A stretch of DNA of 63,775 bases, the filler included, from Stramenopiles sp. TOSAG23-3 (Eukaryota), in NCBI GenBank assembly GCA_900128585.1. It is 8 parts of 8 records of this genome, joined end to end, with 100 filler letters (N's around TTAATTAATTAA, not from the genome) between each part and the next. Parts side by side here need not be neighbours in the genome. Positions count along the whole stretch, not along the records: positions 8,926 to 17,749 come from LT642980.1; positions 17,850 to 26,657 come from LT642981.1; 6 more parts are not named here. One strand, 5' to 3'. The position numbers and the translations under genes are program-made. Under the pieces are notes generated by a model that saw only the letters and a list, made by a program, of their open reading frames with translations, searched no databases and was not told the DNA's origin. Below, one piece after another: positions 11,109 through 21,505 of the stretch (position 1 is its first letter; each line of letters opens with the position of its first letter).

Positions 11109-11605
11109 CGTCCCTTTCCCAATTTCACGGAAGGGTGGGATTGGTTCTGTGTTTAACAAAACCTTTTCGGTTTCATTCCTATATTGCTCTTCATTACTTT
11201 GATTTCCCTCATTTTTCACTTTCGTTTTGGAAAATGGGTTCAATTATTTGTCAGTGCCGTAATTGACCTGTTCATCCGATGTCTCGCTCTGATTCAGGAC
11301 TTGTTGGATTTTTATTACACCGTGTGTGGTGTGTGAATTTTATATAATTTTAATAATAATTTATTATTTTAAAAATAATTAGTTATTATTATATATTTTT
11401 TAATAAAATAAATAATGTAGAGTGTGGTGTGTTGGTGTAGTTGTTAGTAGAGTTTTTTGTTGAAAAGAAGAAGAAAAAAAGACGACTACAACTACTAACT
11501 AAAATATCTATCTTCTTCCTACTTTATATATCTTATGCTGTGTCTATATTATTAATTTAATATACTTACTACATACAGTTTTTTATAAATATATTTTTCT
11601 GTCCT

Positions 11606-13849
11606 TTAAATTATTTTTGTATGCGTAAGCACGTAGACGCATCTGGTGTGTTCATATCGCGATGCCAAATCTAATGGGGTCTGACGCATGAAGTTCATGA
11701 TAGACCGATCAGCTTTGTTGTCCAACAGAACTTTAACGACCCTGCCGTAACCTTTTTTCGCTGCCAAATGCATCGCAGTGCCTTCGTCCTTTAACTTAAC
11801 GTCGGTAATCTCAGGGGATTTCTCGCAGAGAACTTTCACAATGTCCGCATGACCAAACTGCGCTGCTTTGTGCAAAGGGGTATACCCATTGTCATTGACC
11901 ATTCTAACGTTTGCCTTTCGTTGTATAAGCACGACTATAATTTCACAATGACCATTTTCAGATGCGAAGTGCAGTGCGTTCCACCCTGAATCATTGACGG
12001 CGTCAATGTCAGCTTTGTGGTGATCAATCAGCATTTTCACAATATCGGCCCACCCGTTCATTGCTGCGAAGTGCAGAGGGGTGTTTCCATCCCACCGCTC
12101 TCGCGCGTTTACCATTGCTTTGTTGTTGCAGAGTATGGCACATATATCCTTCAAACCTTTGTCGCATGCTTTGTGAAGGGGAGACCGGCCATCGTCGTCC
12201 GTGGAATTAACGTCAATTCCCTTTGCAAGTAGCAGCACTTCAACCTCCTCGACGTCACCTTGTTGCACCGCACTTATCAAGCCCAGTTTTCCCGGATACT
12301 TTGCCTTCGTTGCTTCAATTTTCCCAGCTCTCTGCAATATTTCTATGCATTCCGTACTCCCGTTGCGGATCGCTATTTCCATTGAGCTCCGTCCATTCTT
12401 ATCTATTGCAGCAAAGTTTGCACCGAGCTTCACCAACACCCTCATGGCCTGCACTCTCACTGCCGCAGTGGCATGGTGCAACGGTGTCATCCTGTTCAAT
12501 TTGTTCGGAGCGTTAACGTTTGCTTCATACTCTACCAGCAATGCGATTATGTCCCCGTACCCGTTTTTGGCTGCAATGTGAATGGGTTCCCAGCCTCCTT
12601 TATTTGCCAAGTTTATTTCGGCTTTGTGCTTGCACAGCACAGACACAATCCCCACGTGCCCGTTCTCAACAGCGTGCGACAGTGGCGACGACCCGTTCGC
12701 ATCGACGATGTTCACGGCGGCCTCGAGTGCTGTCCCGTGGCCGTACGACTGCACGAACACCCTCACGCCGTCGGTGTCCCCCGCCTGTGCTGCGGCAATT
12801 AATCCTTGGGGACCAGGGTATTTTTTTTGAAACCTTTTTTCCTCTTCCTTAACCCGAAATTTCTCTTCTTCTTTTCGCTTCACTTCAGGCCGAACCCGCA
12901 ACTCGTCTTCCTTCGCTTTGATGCTCTTTTTCCACTGATCTAACTCTTCCAGCTTTTCGTAGTCGCATTTTATCTCCAGCGCCAAGGCCCCCATCTCTTT
13001 GTTGCACTCGGCGACGAGCTGCGTGCACAAGCCAATGAGGCGCATCACAATGTCAGCTCTGGTGTCAATGTCCTGCATGAGCGACTGCTTTCCTTTTATC
13101 TTAACCTCAATACGTTCTACTTCTAATAGCATTTTTTCCTCCTTCTTGTTTACGTTCGAGTGGTGCAAATCAAACAGTCTCACCTCTCTCTTCATGGCGT
13201 CAATTGATTTTCTCAAAGCTCCGAGTTTCCGTTCGTTCTGGTCCATTTTCTCCAGGTCTTTGTGATCTTCCCCTTCCGTCCCGAACACACCAGACCTCAG
13301 CTGCAAGCGGATGGACCGGATCGCTGCATGAAACGACTTGATTTGATCTATGTCGACGTCTCCGTCTGCTTTTGCAGTATCTGCCAATGCTTTTTCGGTC
13401 TGCTTTAGGTCTGTTTCAAGTTTGTCCTCATAAGACTTTCGAAGGTGCCATTGCTGGTTGACCAATTGCCTCAGTTCCTTTTCATTTCGTTTCAAATCAA
13501 TTTTGAGCTCGTAAAATTTTTGTTTTCCATCTGTATCGTACTGCCTGGTGCTTGCGAACAGGTTTACCTTTTCTTGCTGGAGTTCTTTTATTTTTTCAAT
13601 GGCATCGTAATATTGGGCGTTCATATTTTCCGCTTCCTCTACCGTGCACAAGGCCCTCACTTCCTTGCTTATCCTCTCCTGCCTGTGCTGCAACGGCAAG
13701 AAGGGAATAACCCCCAAACGCTTCTCCTGAGCCTTTGGCCCATTGCCATTCAGGTTGAAGGCAGTGTCAGGGCTAACTAAGTTTTCTCCCCTACGAGGGG
13801 AGTCCACCGCAGGAGGAGGCGGCGGCCCCGATGGTTTCGTAGGGTTCAT
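11606..13849 (-). CDS. Coiled-coil plus ankyrin-repeat protein
   Basis: N-terminal heptad-rich half, then about 12 ankyrin repeats (GSSPLSHA, GWEPIHIAA, GNTPLHFAA, GYTPLHKAA). ATG 13849. Confidence 0.9.
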   Translation of the reverse strand: MNPTKPSGPPPPPAVDSPRRGENLVSPDTAFNLNGNGPKAQEKRLGVIPFLPLQHRQERISKEVRALCTVEEAENMNAQYYDAIEKIKELQQEKVNLFASTRQYDTDGKQKFYELKIDLKRNEKELRQLVNQQWHLRKSYEDKLETDLKQTEKALADTAKADGDVDIDQIKSFHAAIRSIRLQLRSGVFGTEGEDHKDLEKMDQNERKLGALRKSIDAMKREVRLFDLHHSNVNKKEEKMLLEVERIEVKIKGKQSLMQDIDTRADIVMRLIGLCTQLVAECNKEMGALALEIKCDYEKLEELDQWKKSIKAKEDELRVRPEVKRKEEEKFRVKEEEKRFQKKYPGPQGLIAAAQAGDTDGVRVFVQSYGHGTALEAAVNIVDANGSSPLSHAVENGHVGIVSVLCKHKAEINLANKGGWEPIHIAAKNGYGDIIALLVEYEANVNAPNKLNRMTPLHHATAAVRVQAMRVLVKLGANFAAIDKNGRSSMEIAIRNGSTECIEILQRAGKIEATKAKYPGKLGLISAVQQGDVEEVEVLLLAKGIDVNSTDDDGRSPLHKACDKGLKDICAILCNNKAMVNARERWDGNTPLHFAAMNGWADIVKMLIDHHKADIDAVNDSGWNALHFASENGHCEIIVVLIQRKANVRMVNDNGYTPLHKAAQFGHADIVKVLCEKSPEITDVKLKDEGTAMHLAAKKGYGRVVKVLLDNKADRSIMNFMRQTPLDLASRYEHTRCVYVLTHTKII

Positions 13850-14322
13850 ATAGTCTACTTTTGTACACGCCAAAGCTCCCGGAAGAATGAATAAATCAAA
13901 AAAAACACTCTCTGTGCTTTCTTAACAAGACCGGTTTAATTTCATCCCCTTTTCATATTTACTAACCACATCATAATGAAATTCAAAGTGTTAAAACCAA
14001 CCAATGAATGCATTCAAGTACCAGAGAGTCGAATAAATTATAACATACAAGTATTAAATATAATATACAGCTATTCTATCCACATAACCGACAATAACGG
14101 TCTTCTTCTCTTCTTCTTCTTCTGAATAATATATTTATTACAATACATTCACTAGGAAGTATTACCTTTTAAAAAAGTAAGGAATTTATGAATAAATCAA
14201 TCAATGAAAAGATCTCTTTCGGGATAAATCTACTAGATCTCGTTGTCTAAATATTTCCCCCTTTTATTCAGTAATTTAAATTGTCCTTAATGATTTTACA
14301 TATCTTAATTTAAAATACAGTT

Positions 14323-16713
14323 CTATTGACTACTTCTGCTCCGGCTGACGTTGTTTTTTCCTTTCGTTACAATAATCACTCGATCTTTCTCTAAATTCCA
14401 ATTTCTTTTTGCGTGCCTTTCCTCCCCTTTCGGATTCAATACAAGCTCATCGTCGAGCAAATAACCAATACATATTTCTCCCCGCTTTCTGACCTGCCCC
14501 GCCAATTCCCAAAACGATACGTTATCACCACGGTGAGTGTACCTTTTCGCCGCCCACACGGCAATGTCACACCCTGACGATCCCAAGAGTTCTTTCAAAA
14601 CTGCTTTGACTTCTCTGCTTTCTGCAACCATCGCTAGGACTTTGCTGACTGTATTGTTGGACAAAACATAATCCGACATGTGCGCGATCGCGGGGTTTTG
14701 CATTATCATCGTATGCGTCGTGGGGTCTAATATTTCACAGGTAACAATACAAGAACTTTGCTGCACCTTTGTTTTCTTTTTAGAATCACTTTTTGCTTTA
14801 AACCCCTTTGCTGCCGCCAACAACGAATTTCGTTTCTTTCCCGGCACATTATTTTTCATGCTCATTAAGACGGCGTTGCCCGGGGACGAAACAGGCGGTA
14901 ACGATTTTGCCTCTGGGGTCGTTGTTGCAGCAATCGAAGCGGATGCCTTACTGAATTTTAGCCCAGCGCCGTGGGCCATGGCACCAAAATTTGACATTCT
15001 AGTGAGAACGCTCTTTTTGCTCTTGGCCTGCTTCTTGTGGAACTCGGCGTCATGCAGTTGCAAATCGCGGATCAAGAGCAAAATGGCAAGCGAGTGGGAA
15101 TCGCTGTGCATCATGTCCTCTTCGAACGCTTCGTCTGACAAAATCAACACGGAGTCGAACTTGGACACCTTTACTTCGTCTAACTTTCTGCGCACGGCGG
15201 GATTCCCGATGTGATGGATTATGGTTAAATTGTGAAGACCCGTGTCTGGATCGAGTCCGCCATCAACCAATCGATCGTTCCGCTCCTCTACGTCTAGTTC
15301 ATTCAGCATATGGAGCTCGCTCCCTGGGCTTACCAGCTCGTCCAGCAGGACAATTATATCATCAATATCCCTTCGCCAACCTGTCATCAAGATCTGCTCT
15401 GATTGTTTCGAAGTGTTGTCAACGCCTGGCAGAGCCAAGCCACTGCTTGAATCGTACGGCTCCGGCACCTCGCTTGGAAAGTAAGAGTCGTCGTCCTCGG
15501 CAATAACGACTATTGCCTCGCTCAAGCCGATGATGCGATTGTCCGGGGGATTCAGTTGGACGTGCATTGCACCGCTAGAGGTTCGCGTGGCAACTCCTAT
15601 GGGAATGGCATCCGCGAAGCTTCGCAGGACGTAGTCGAAAGATTTTCCGGCAAACTGTGGCCACTTCTGCAGGTAAATTTCGTCGCCTTCAAAACCGAGC
15701 AGGCAGGCGTAAACATCAGCCAAGCCACGCTGCCTGGCCGACTGGATCATCAATCGCCCGACAACATCATGGGAAACGATCGTTTCGACAGACGTCCCGC
15801 CCACCACTTCTACCAAAGACGTGTTGTCAATATCTCGCATTTCGGAAACGATGTGCCCCTTCAATGGTCGCGCCAACCCTTTCAAGCTCAGAACGCACCG
15901 CAGCACGCTCGCGTCGGCCTTGTCCGCTGCCCCTTCCGGGGCGAGCACGATTATCGCACGTGCAAAAGGCGCCGCCAGCCTCGACAAATCGCTCTGTGAG
16001 GAAATGCTCCCCGTGCGGACCACGATGCGGCTGTTCAAAAGCGTGCATTGCTCCCTTACCTCGTCCAGGGCATCACGTTTGGGCTTTGCTGAACAGAGTA
16101 CAATCGTGCCGCCCCCCTCGCTTTCCATCATCAAGGCAAGCTGGTCAATAACCTGGACGGTCTTCTCTGTCCATCCCATCACTAGCATATGGTCCTTTTC
16201 GACCACCTTACCGCGCCCGGTGTCGAGGGCGTCCATTTTCTTTTTGATTGCGTCTACAACGAAACCGATGATGGCTGCCATCAAAAGAATCCCCATGATG
16301 GCTGTGATAAACGCCGAAAGTCGAAAATACACGTTGCTATCTACATCTGCGTGGGTCCCAGGGTCGGCCATGTACGTCCAACTTTTCCACACAGCGTTCG
16401 AAAAGCTGGCATTTATCCCAAACTCCTCGATGTTCAGCACGTCTTCGGGCTGAACGTACCTGTCTCCAATAAATATCAGCACGCCCCCCACGGCAATCCC
16501 GATTCCTAATATTAAGACGATCAGAGCGGCTTGGAAGCACTGCGATTCAAACCCTCGATCAATAACGTAGACCATTCTCTCCTTTAAGTTGAAACGATGG
16601 TTCTCCGCCGGCACAAGGTTTCCGTCCTTCGATTTATCCGCGTCTTTGAACAAATTACGCATCGTATGCTTTGGTGACGACGGCAACTCCGGGGCTGGAG
16701 ATATTTGCGACAT
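14323..16713 (-). CDS. CASTOR/POLLUX/DMI1-family cation channel with RCK domains
   Basis: Pore WKSWTYMADPGTHAD, then GKVVEKDHMLVMGW, ARAIIVLA..ADKADA..LRCVLSL, ETIVSHDVVGRLMIQSARQRGLA..LLGFEGDEIY and SDYVLSN..SKVLAMVAESREV; colinear with plant DMI1/POLLUX. Confidence 0.92.
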   Translation of the reverse strand: MSQISPAPELPSSPKHTMRNLFKDADKSKDGNLVPAENHRFNLKERMVYVIDRGFESQCFQAALIVLILGIGIAVGGVLIFIGDRYVQPEDVLNIEEFGINASFSNAVWKSWTYMADPGTHADVDSNVYFRLSAFITAIMGILLMAAIIGFVVDAIKKKMDALDTGRGKVVEKDHMLVMGWTEKTVQVIDQLALMMESEGGGTIVLCSAKPKRDALDEVREQCTLLNSRIVVRTGSISSQSDLSRLAAPFARAIIVLAPEGAADKADASVLRCVLSLKGLARPLKGHIVSEMRDIDNTSLVEVVGGTSVETIVSHDVVGRLMIQSARQRGLADVYACLLGFEGDEIYLQKWPQFAGKSFDYVLRSFADAIPIGVATRTSSGAMHVQLNPPDNRIIGLSEAIVVIAEDDDSYFPSEVPEPYDSSSGLALPGVDNTSKQSEQILMTGWRRDIDDIIVLLDELVSPGSELHMLNELDVEERNDRLVDGGLDPDTGLHNLTIIHHIGNPAVRRKLDEVKVSKFDSVLILSDEAFEEDMMHSDSHSLAILLLIRDLQLHDAEFHKKQAKSKKSVLTRMSNFGAMAHGAGLKFSKASASIAATTTPEAKSLPPVSSPGNAVLMSMKNNVPGKKRNSLLAAAKGFKAKSDSKKKTKVQQSSCIVTCEILDPTTHTMIMQNPAIAHMSDYVLSNNTVSKVLAMVAESREVKAVLKELLGSSGCDIAVWAAKRYTHRGDNVSFWELAGQVRKRGEICIGYLLDDELVLNPKGEERHAKRNWNLEKDRVIIVTKGKNNVSRSRSSQ

Positions 16714-17749
16714 GTTACTTTATATGGACTGAAAAATAAATAACCCTTGCCTGTACATCTAAGGTCTACAACCAGGCAAGAGTTTGTATAATGGTACAAC
16801 CGCCTTCCTCTAAACCCACCCGCAGTGCTTGATTCCCAATCAACCCGAAAAAACTGCAGAACTAAGTCCTTCTCCTTCGCTTCAATGTACTAGATTATAT
16901 ATGCTAAAGGACAATGGTTTGTTTTGTTTTCAAGTAAAGAAAGGGGAAACAGAAAGAATCCGTAGAGGATACCAACAACGATTCAAATTGATCTTCTTTG
17001 TGTATATTCTATCTCTACGATTGATCATAATCATTAGAGTGTGTACGTGTAGATAATCGTAATTATGAGAGATTTATATTATTATTATATTGTTTTATTA
17101 TTAGTCGTCTATATTATTATTATATTTTTTTTCTTTTTTTTTTTTTTTACGTTATACACAACTATTTATATCATTGACTTAATTAAAAGTTGAAACAACA
17201 AACAACGTTGAAACGCCAAAAAATAAAAAAAAATGTATTCTTTCTTCTTTCTTCTTTCTTTCTTTCTTCTTTCTTCTTTCTTTCTTTCTTTCTTCTTTCT
17301 TCTTCCGTCCCGAAGAATAATTTATTAAAAAAAAAAAATAAAAAAAAAAATGAAATAAAAAAAAAGAAAACTTAAATAGTTTATACAATGCTCTGGTTAT
17401 GTTAATTATTATATATACGAGTACTTATACTTAATTATTGAATACGTTTCCTATTCAATAGAATAAAAGGATTGATTGGACTGTGTGAGCCTTCTCAGAT
17501 TATTGGAATTATTATTATACGGGGCTCTGATGCTGGACAAAATAAAATACGAGAAAGCCACGACAACACAGATCGATCGATCGATCGATCTCATCACTCA
17601 TCAGATAAGATTTCTTCTTTCTCTTCTATCGATAGTCTATTAATTAAATACGACGTGGTATTTTTAGCGAAGAAGAAAAGAGGAGGAGAGAAGAAGAAAG
17701 GAAGGAAGGAAGGAAGGAAAGAAGAAGATTATTAAAAATTTATTATAAT

Positions 17750-17849
17750 NNNNNNNNNNNNNNNNNNNNNNNNNNNNNNNNNNNNNNNNNNNNTTAATTA
17801 ATTAANNNNNNNNNNNNNNNNNNNNNNNNNNNNNNNNNNNNNNNNNNNN
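17750..17849. other. Artificial contig linker
   Basis: 44N-TTAATTAATTAA-44N. Confidence 0.98.
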
Positions 17850-17917
<68 letters not shown>

Positions 17918-17960
17918 AGAAGAAAGAAGACGAAGAAGCAAGAAGAAGCAAGAAGAAAGA
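17850..17960. repeat. (AAAG)n/(AAG)n microsatellite at a contig start
   Basis: Visible tandem repeat. Confidence 0.95.
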
Positions 17961-18222
17961 CCCAAGCACACTACGCACACGCGCACACGCGCAGCGAGCA
18001 GCACGACGACGATAATATAATAATAATAAAAAAAATAATAAAATTTGGTAATAATTACCACATTTTATAAAATGGAATCAATCAAACAACAATTAAGATG
18101 TTGCACCGAGTTGGATAACATATGATATATATAAATATGTACGGCATTTTCTCGATCAGCATAGGATTTGTCGCCCTTTTTGTGTTCAGAGAAAGCACAG
18201 CGTTCAATTTCTTTGTTTGGGA

Positions 18223-19842
18223 ATGTCGTCGGCAACTCCAAAGACTGCACTTCTTGGAACGCCCTCTCGAGGCGGTGGTGGGTCGGAACGCGTGTTTATT
18301 CCGAAAACCTACGGTGGTCGTCCTAGCAGGGCAGGGGATGCACGGACGTCTACTTTTGTAAAAACAAACCATAGTGGCGACGTTCCTCATTTTGTTTACC
18401 ATGGTTTTGTGGAGGATGCCGATAGTGACGTGTCTTTGGACGGCCATGCGATTCTTGCAAGAGACCCTATGAACGGCAAGTCGTCGTTGTTCATGACAAG
18501 CTTCAACATCGTCAACGGCATCGTAGGCGCGGGTATGATCAGCCTGCCCTACGTGATCAAGCAGCAAGGATTCATACCTGGTATCATCGGGCTGATAGTG
18601 GTCGCGATAATCACGTACTTTACTATGATCCTTCAGATCGAGGTTGGCCGCACCGCGGGTGCTTTTTCATACGAGACGGTTTGCGAGCTGGCGTTCGGCA
18701 AGCGGGGCTTCTATATTTTGGTATTTTTTATGTTTGTAAACGCATTTGGGACCTGCGTAGCGTACGCGTGCTTGATTCAGATGGTCATCCCGCCGTTGGT
18801 GCAGCCGTGGCTTCTGGAGATCGTGCCAGACAACGCCAGGGTATACGTAACGCCGGATGCGATTTTAAACGTGCTGGCGATCTTCATCCTGTTTCCATTG
18901 TCCCTTTACAGGAACTTGGCGAAGTTTGAGCGCATGAGCTGCCTCTCGATAATCGTCCTCGTCACTCTGATTACGGTGCTCTCGATAAACTTCTGCGACC
19001 TGGGAGAGTTTGCCGCGATACACACGGAACCGTTTGACGACATGATTTTTGCGGTCGGGGACGAGTACTTTCAAGGGCTGGGGACGTTGGCGTTTGCGTT
19101 TAGTTGCCAGCAGTACTCTTTCCACGCGTTCGAGACGCTGGACGACCCGACCGAGACGAGGTGGAGCACGGTGACCTTCTTGAGCCTCATGTCGTCCTGC
19201 ATCATGGGCCTTATCTTTGGGGCGGTAGGCTACCTTTCGTACGGCGACGACACGGAGGCAAACATATTGGACAACCTTTCGAGCAAGAGCGGTTACGGTG
19301 ACATGGCCAGGCTGGCCGTTGGGGCAAAAATGTTCTTGACGTTTCCCTTGGATTTTTTTGTCATTCGCTACTGCTTCCAAAGAATGATAAGCCGCATATT
19401 CTGCGGAGACATTGAGTGGGACGCCGAGAATCCGTACACGATGGGAAACGACAAGCGTGGGCGCCCGATGTTCACCCCCATAATCACGCGCGACAACATT
19501 CGGGGCAAAGGAAAGCACTCGAAAGATTTTACCAAGTGCGCACACTTCTCTCTAACCCTGGTCTTGTTTGCCTCTGTTATGGCCTGCGCGTACTTTGCAA
19601 TGAATGCCGGGGGAAAGACGAAAGGTTTGGCCCTGGTGCTGCAGCTCAGTGGCGGCGTCGGGGCAATCTTCATCGGTTTCGTTTTTCCAACCGCTTGTTA
19701 CCTCAAGTTAGGCATTGTTCGCATTCGAATGCCTAACTGTTGGGATTCGTTCTACTACATATTTGCCTGGATTGTAATGCTGTTTGGAATATTCGCCGGT
19801 TTCTCCACGACAAGCATGACCTTGTACGATGCTTTCAAATAA
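18223..19842 (+). CDS. Amino acid transporter, AAAP/SLC38 family
   Basis: SFNIVNGIVGAGMISLPY, SYETVCELAFGKRG, LAFAFSCQQ, GYLSYGDDTEANILDN; about 11 TM helices. Confidence 0.93.
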   Translation: MSSATPKTALLGTPSRGGGGSERVFIPKTYGGRPSRAGDARTSTFVKTNHSGDVPHFVYHGFVEDADSDVSLDGHAILARDPMNGKSSLFMTSFNIVNGIVGAGMISLPYVIKQQGFIPGIIGLIVVAIITYFTMILQIEVGRTAGAFSYETVCELAFGKRGFYILVFFMFVNAFGTCVAYACLIQMVIPPLVQPWLLEIVPDNARVYVTPDAILNVLAIFILFPLSLYRNLAKFERMSCLSIIVLVTLITVLSINFCDLGEFAAIHTEPFDDMIFAVGDEYFQGLGTLAFAFSCQQYSFHAFETLDDPTETRWSTVTFLSLMSSCIMGLIFGAVGYLSYGDDTEANILDNLSSKSGYGDMARLAVGAKMFLTFPLDFFVIRYCFQRMISRIFCGDIEWDAENPYTMGNDKRGRPMFTPIITRDNIRGKGKHSKDFTKCAHFSLTLVLFASVMACAYFAMNAGGKTKGLALVLQLSGGVGAIFIGFVFPTACYLKLGIVRIRMPNCWDSFYYIFAWIVMLFGIFAGFSTTSMTLYDAFK

Positions 19843-20190
19843 AATTAGGAGTATAAATGGGTATATCGTTTTAAAGCGAGGCAAAAAGTTAGAGTAGAGA
19901 GGAGAAACAAAAGATTTTTTTACTATCATCTATCATGTGATAGAGAGTTAATACCTTGAAACCGTTGAAAGAGTTCATTACGACACTTGATTAAAGATTT
20001 AATTATCTCAATTAACAGCAGCAGTGTTATTTTGCAATGGACCTCGTTAATCAATCAGAGAAATTTTAAATAAACTTACTACCTCGTTATTTTTCTGTTT
20101 AAAAAGTTATCATAAGACTTAAGTTAAGTGACCAGGGTATATCGATTAGTTTTCTTTAACAGACGTTCTTTTTTGAGTTCATCTTCGTAA

Positions 20191-21174
20191 CTAGTCCCCG
20201 ACCCGCCTGTACAGCACGTCGCATTGGCACATGTGCTTCACGCCACCCGCCAGCTCGCCGCCCTCGTGGAGTTGATTGTGGGGGAAGATGACAGCCCGTC
20301 CGGCGGCCGGCTCAACGCTGGCGATGGATTCGAACCCTTTACGCCCGTTCGTCCCCGTTGCAGCGCGCAAGAAGCTGAGAGCGCCGCCGTCCATCTCGTT
20401 GCCTGAGTTCAGGTATAGTGCAATGGTCACCAGAGTACGATACGTGCCACTCTCCTGCGTTCGGGGATGGCGGCGCAGCAGCCGTGTTGGGTCGTGGTGA
20501 GGCCGAAAGCCCTGCCCTGCACTGTAGCGCATGAAGCGAAACACTGGGACAATGCACTGCGCTTGGTAAGTTCCAGGGACAAGTGCCGTAGCCCCCTGCT
20601 CCCTCAGCTCCGGAGGAATGCAAGGCCCGCAGCGTTGCCACAGCAGGTCTGCCAGCTCCCAGGACTTGACCGTCAAGGCTTCCGAAGTATTCTTCCCGCT
20701 CTCGACAAAGCTCTCTTGTATGCCGAGCTCTCTTCGCAGTCTGTATGCGTCTCGAAGCGCTGCGGCGACACCTTTTCGACCCACGGCCTCCCGCTCGGCT
20801 TCCTTTCTCAGCTTGTCGACGTCTGCTTGAGGCGTAAATCCCACCTCCATGTGCCGTTTCACGAGCAGTCGGCACCAGGACGGATCCAACACATTGTCGA
20901 GCACTGATGCCGCGCTGCCCTGCACCTCATCCAGTGGTATTTCGCCGACCAGCGCAGCGGGCTCCTCCGGTCCGCATGCAAAGTCGAGGCCTTCCCAACC
21001 ACCGACAGCGTGGAGCCGCGCGGCTGTTTGCGAGAGCCACGGCCGAATATACGCCCGGTCGGCCTCCTGCTTTGCCAGCAGCCGCTCCAACACCAACGGA
21101 GAGTGCTTCCGGTTCGTTTGCCTCCTCTTGCTTGCGGCGCCGCCCGGGCGCCGCCCGTTGACCGTGGTATCCAT
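20191..21174 (-). CDS. 2OG-Fe(II) oxygenase (prolyl 4-hydroxylase-like)
   Basis: FRFMRYSAGQGFRPHHD (HxD), TIALYLN..GGALSF, GRAVIFPHNQLHEG (distal His), GVKHMCQCDVLY. Confidence 0.88.
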   Translation of the reverse strand: MDTTVNGRRPGGAASKRRQTNRKHSPLVLERLLAKQEADRAYIRPWLSQTAARLHAVGGWEGLDFACGPEEPAALVGEIPLDEVQGSAASVLDNVLDPSWCRLLVKRHMEVGFTPQADVDKLRKEAEREAVGRKGVAAALRDAYRLRRELGIQESFVESGKNTSEALTVKSWELADLLWQRCGPCIPPELREQGATALVPGTYQAQCIVPVFRFMRYSAGQGFRPHHDPTRLLRRHPRTQESGTYRTLVTIALYLNSGNEMDGGALSFLRAATGTNGRKGFESIASVEPAAGRAVIFPHNQLHEGGELAGGVKHMCQCDVLYRRVGD

Positions 21175-21204
21175 GACCTAAAATTTAGGAAACCAAAACC
21201 AAAA

Positions 21205-21392
21205 GAGCAAAGATAAGTTCGCAGTTCATGAAGGAATGTAAACCTAGAATGTCTAAATCTAGATTTCAGTTCGAAATAACAGCCATTACTTTAAATAACA
21301 GCCAATTTTCTTGTTTTAATAACAGCCAATTTTCTTGTTTTTTATATATGATGAAGAGGCTTAGCTTAAATAACAGCCAATTTTTTGTTTTT
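21205..21392. repeat. Dispersed repeat module with four AATAACAGCCA(ATTTT) copies
   Basis: Copies at about 21274, 21293, 21318 and 21368. 21205-21233 matches 57795-57823 (29 bp, 3 mismatches). Confidence 0.85.
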
Positions 21393-21505
21393 GAATTACT
21401 TTGTGACACAACTTGTGTCGAAATGTTCAATCCCTTTTGCAAAACACTTCTCTATGCTGCAACCTCTGCATTTTATTTTATGAGAGTGCAGAATCATTCT
21501 ATATC

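Noticed and set aside
21274-21392. Short direct repeats with spacers, superficially CRISPR-like
   Set aside because: Irregular spacing, degenerate units, eukaryotic context and no cas genes; part of the dispersed repeat family.
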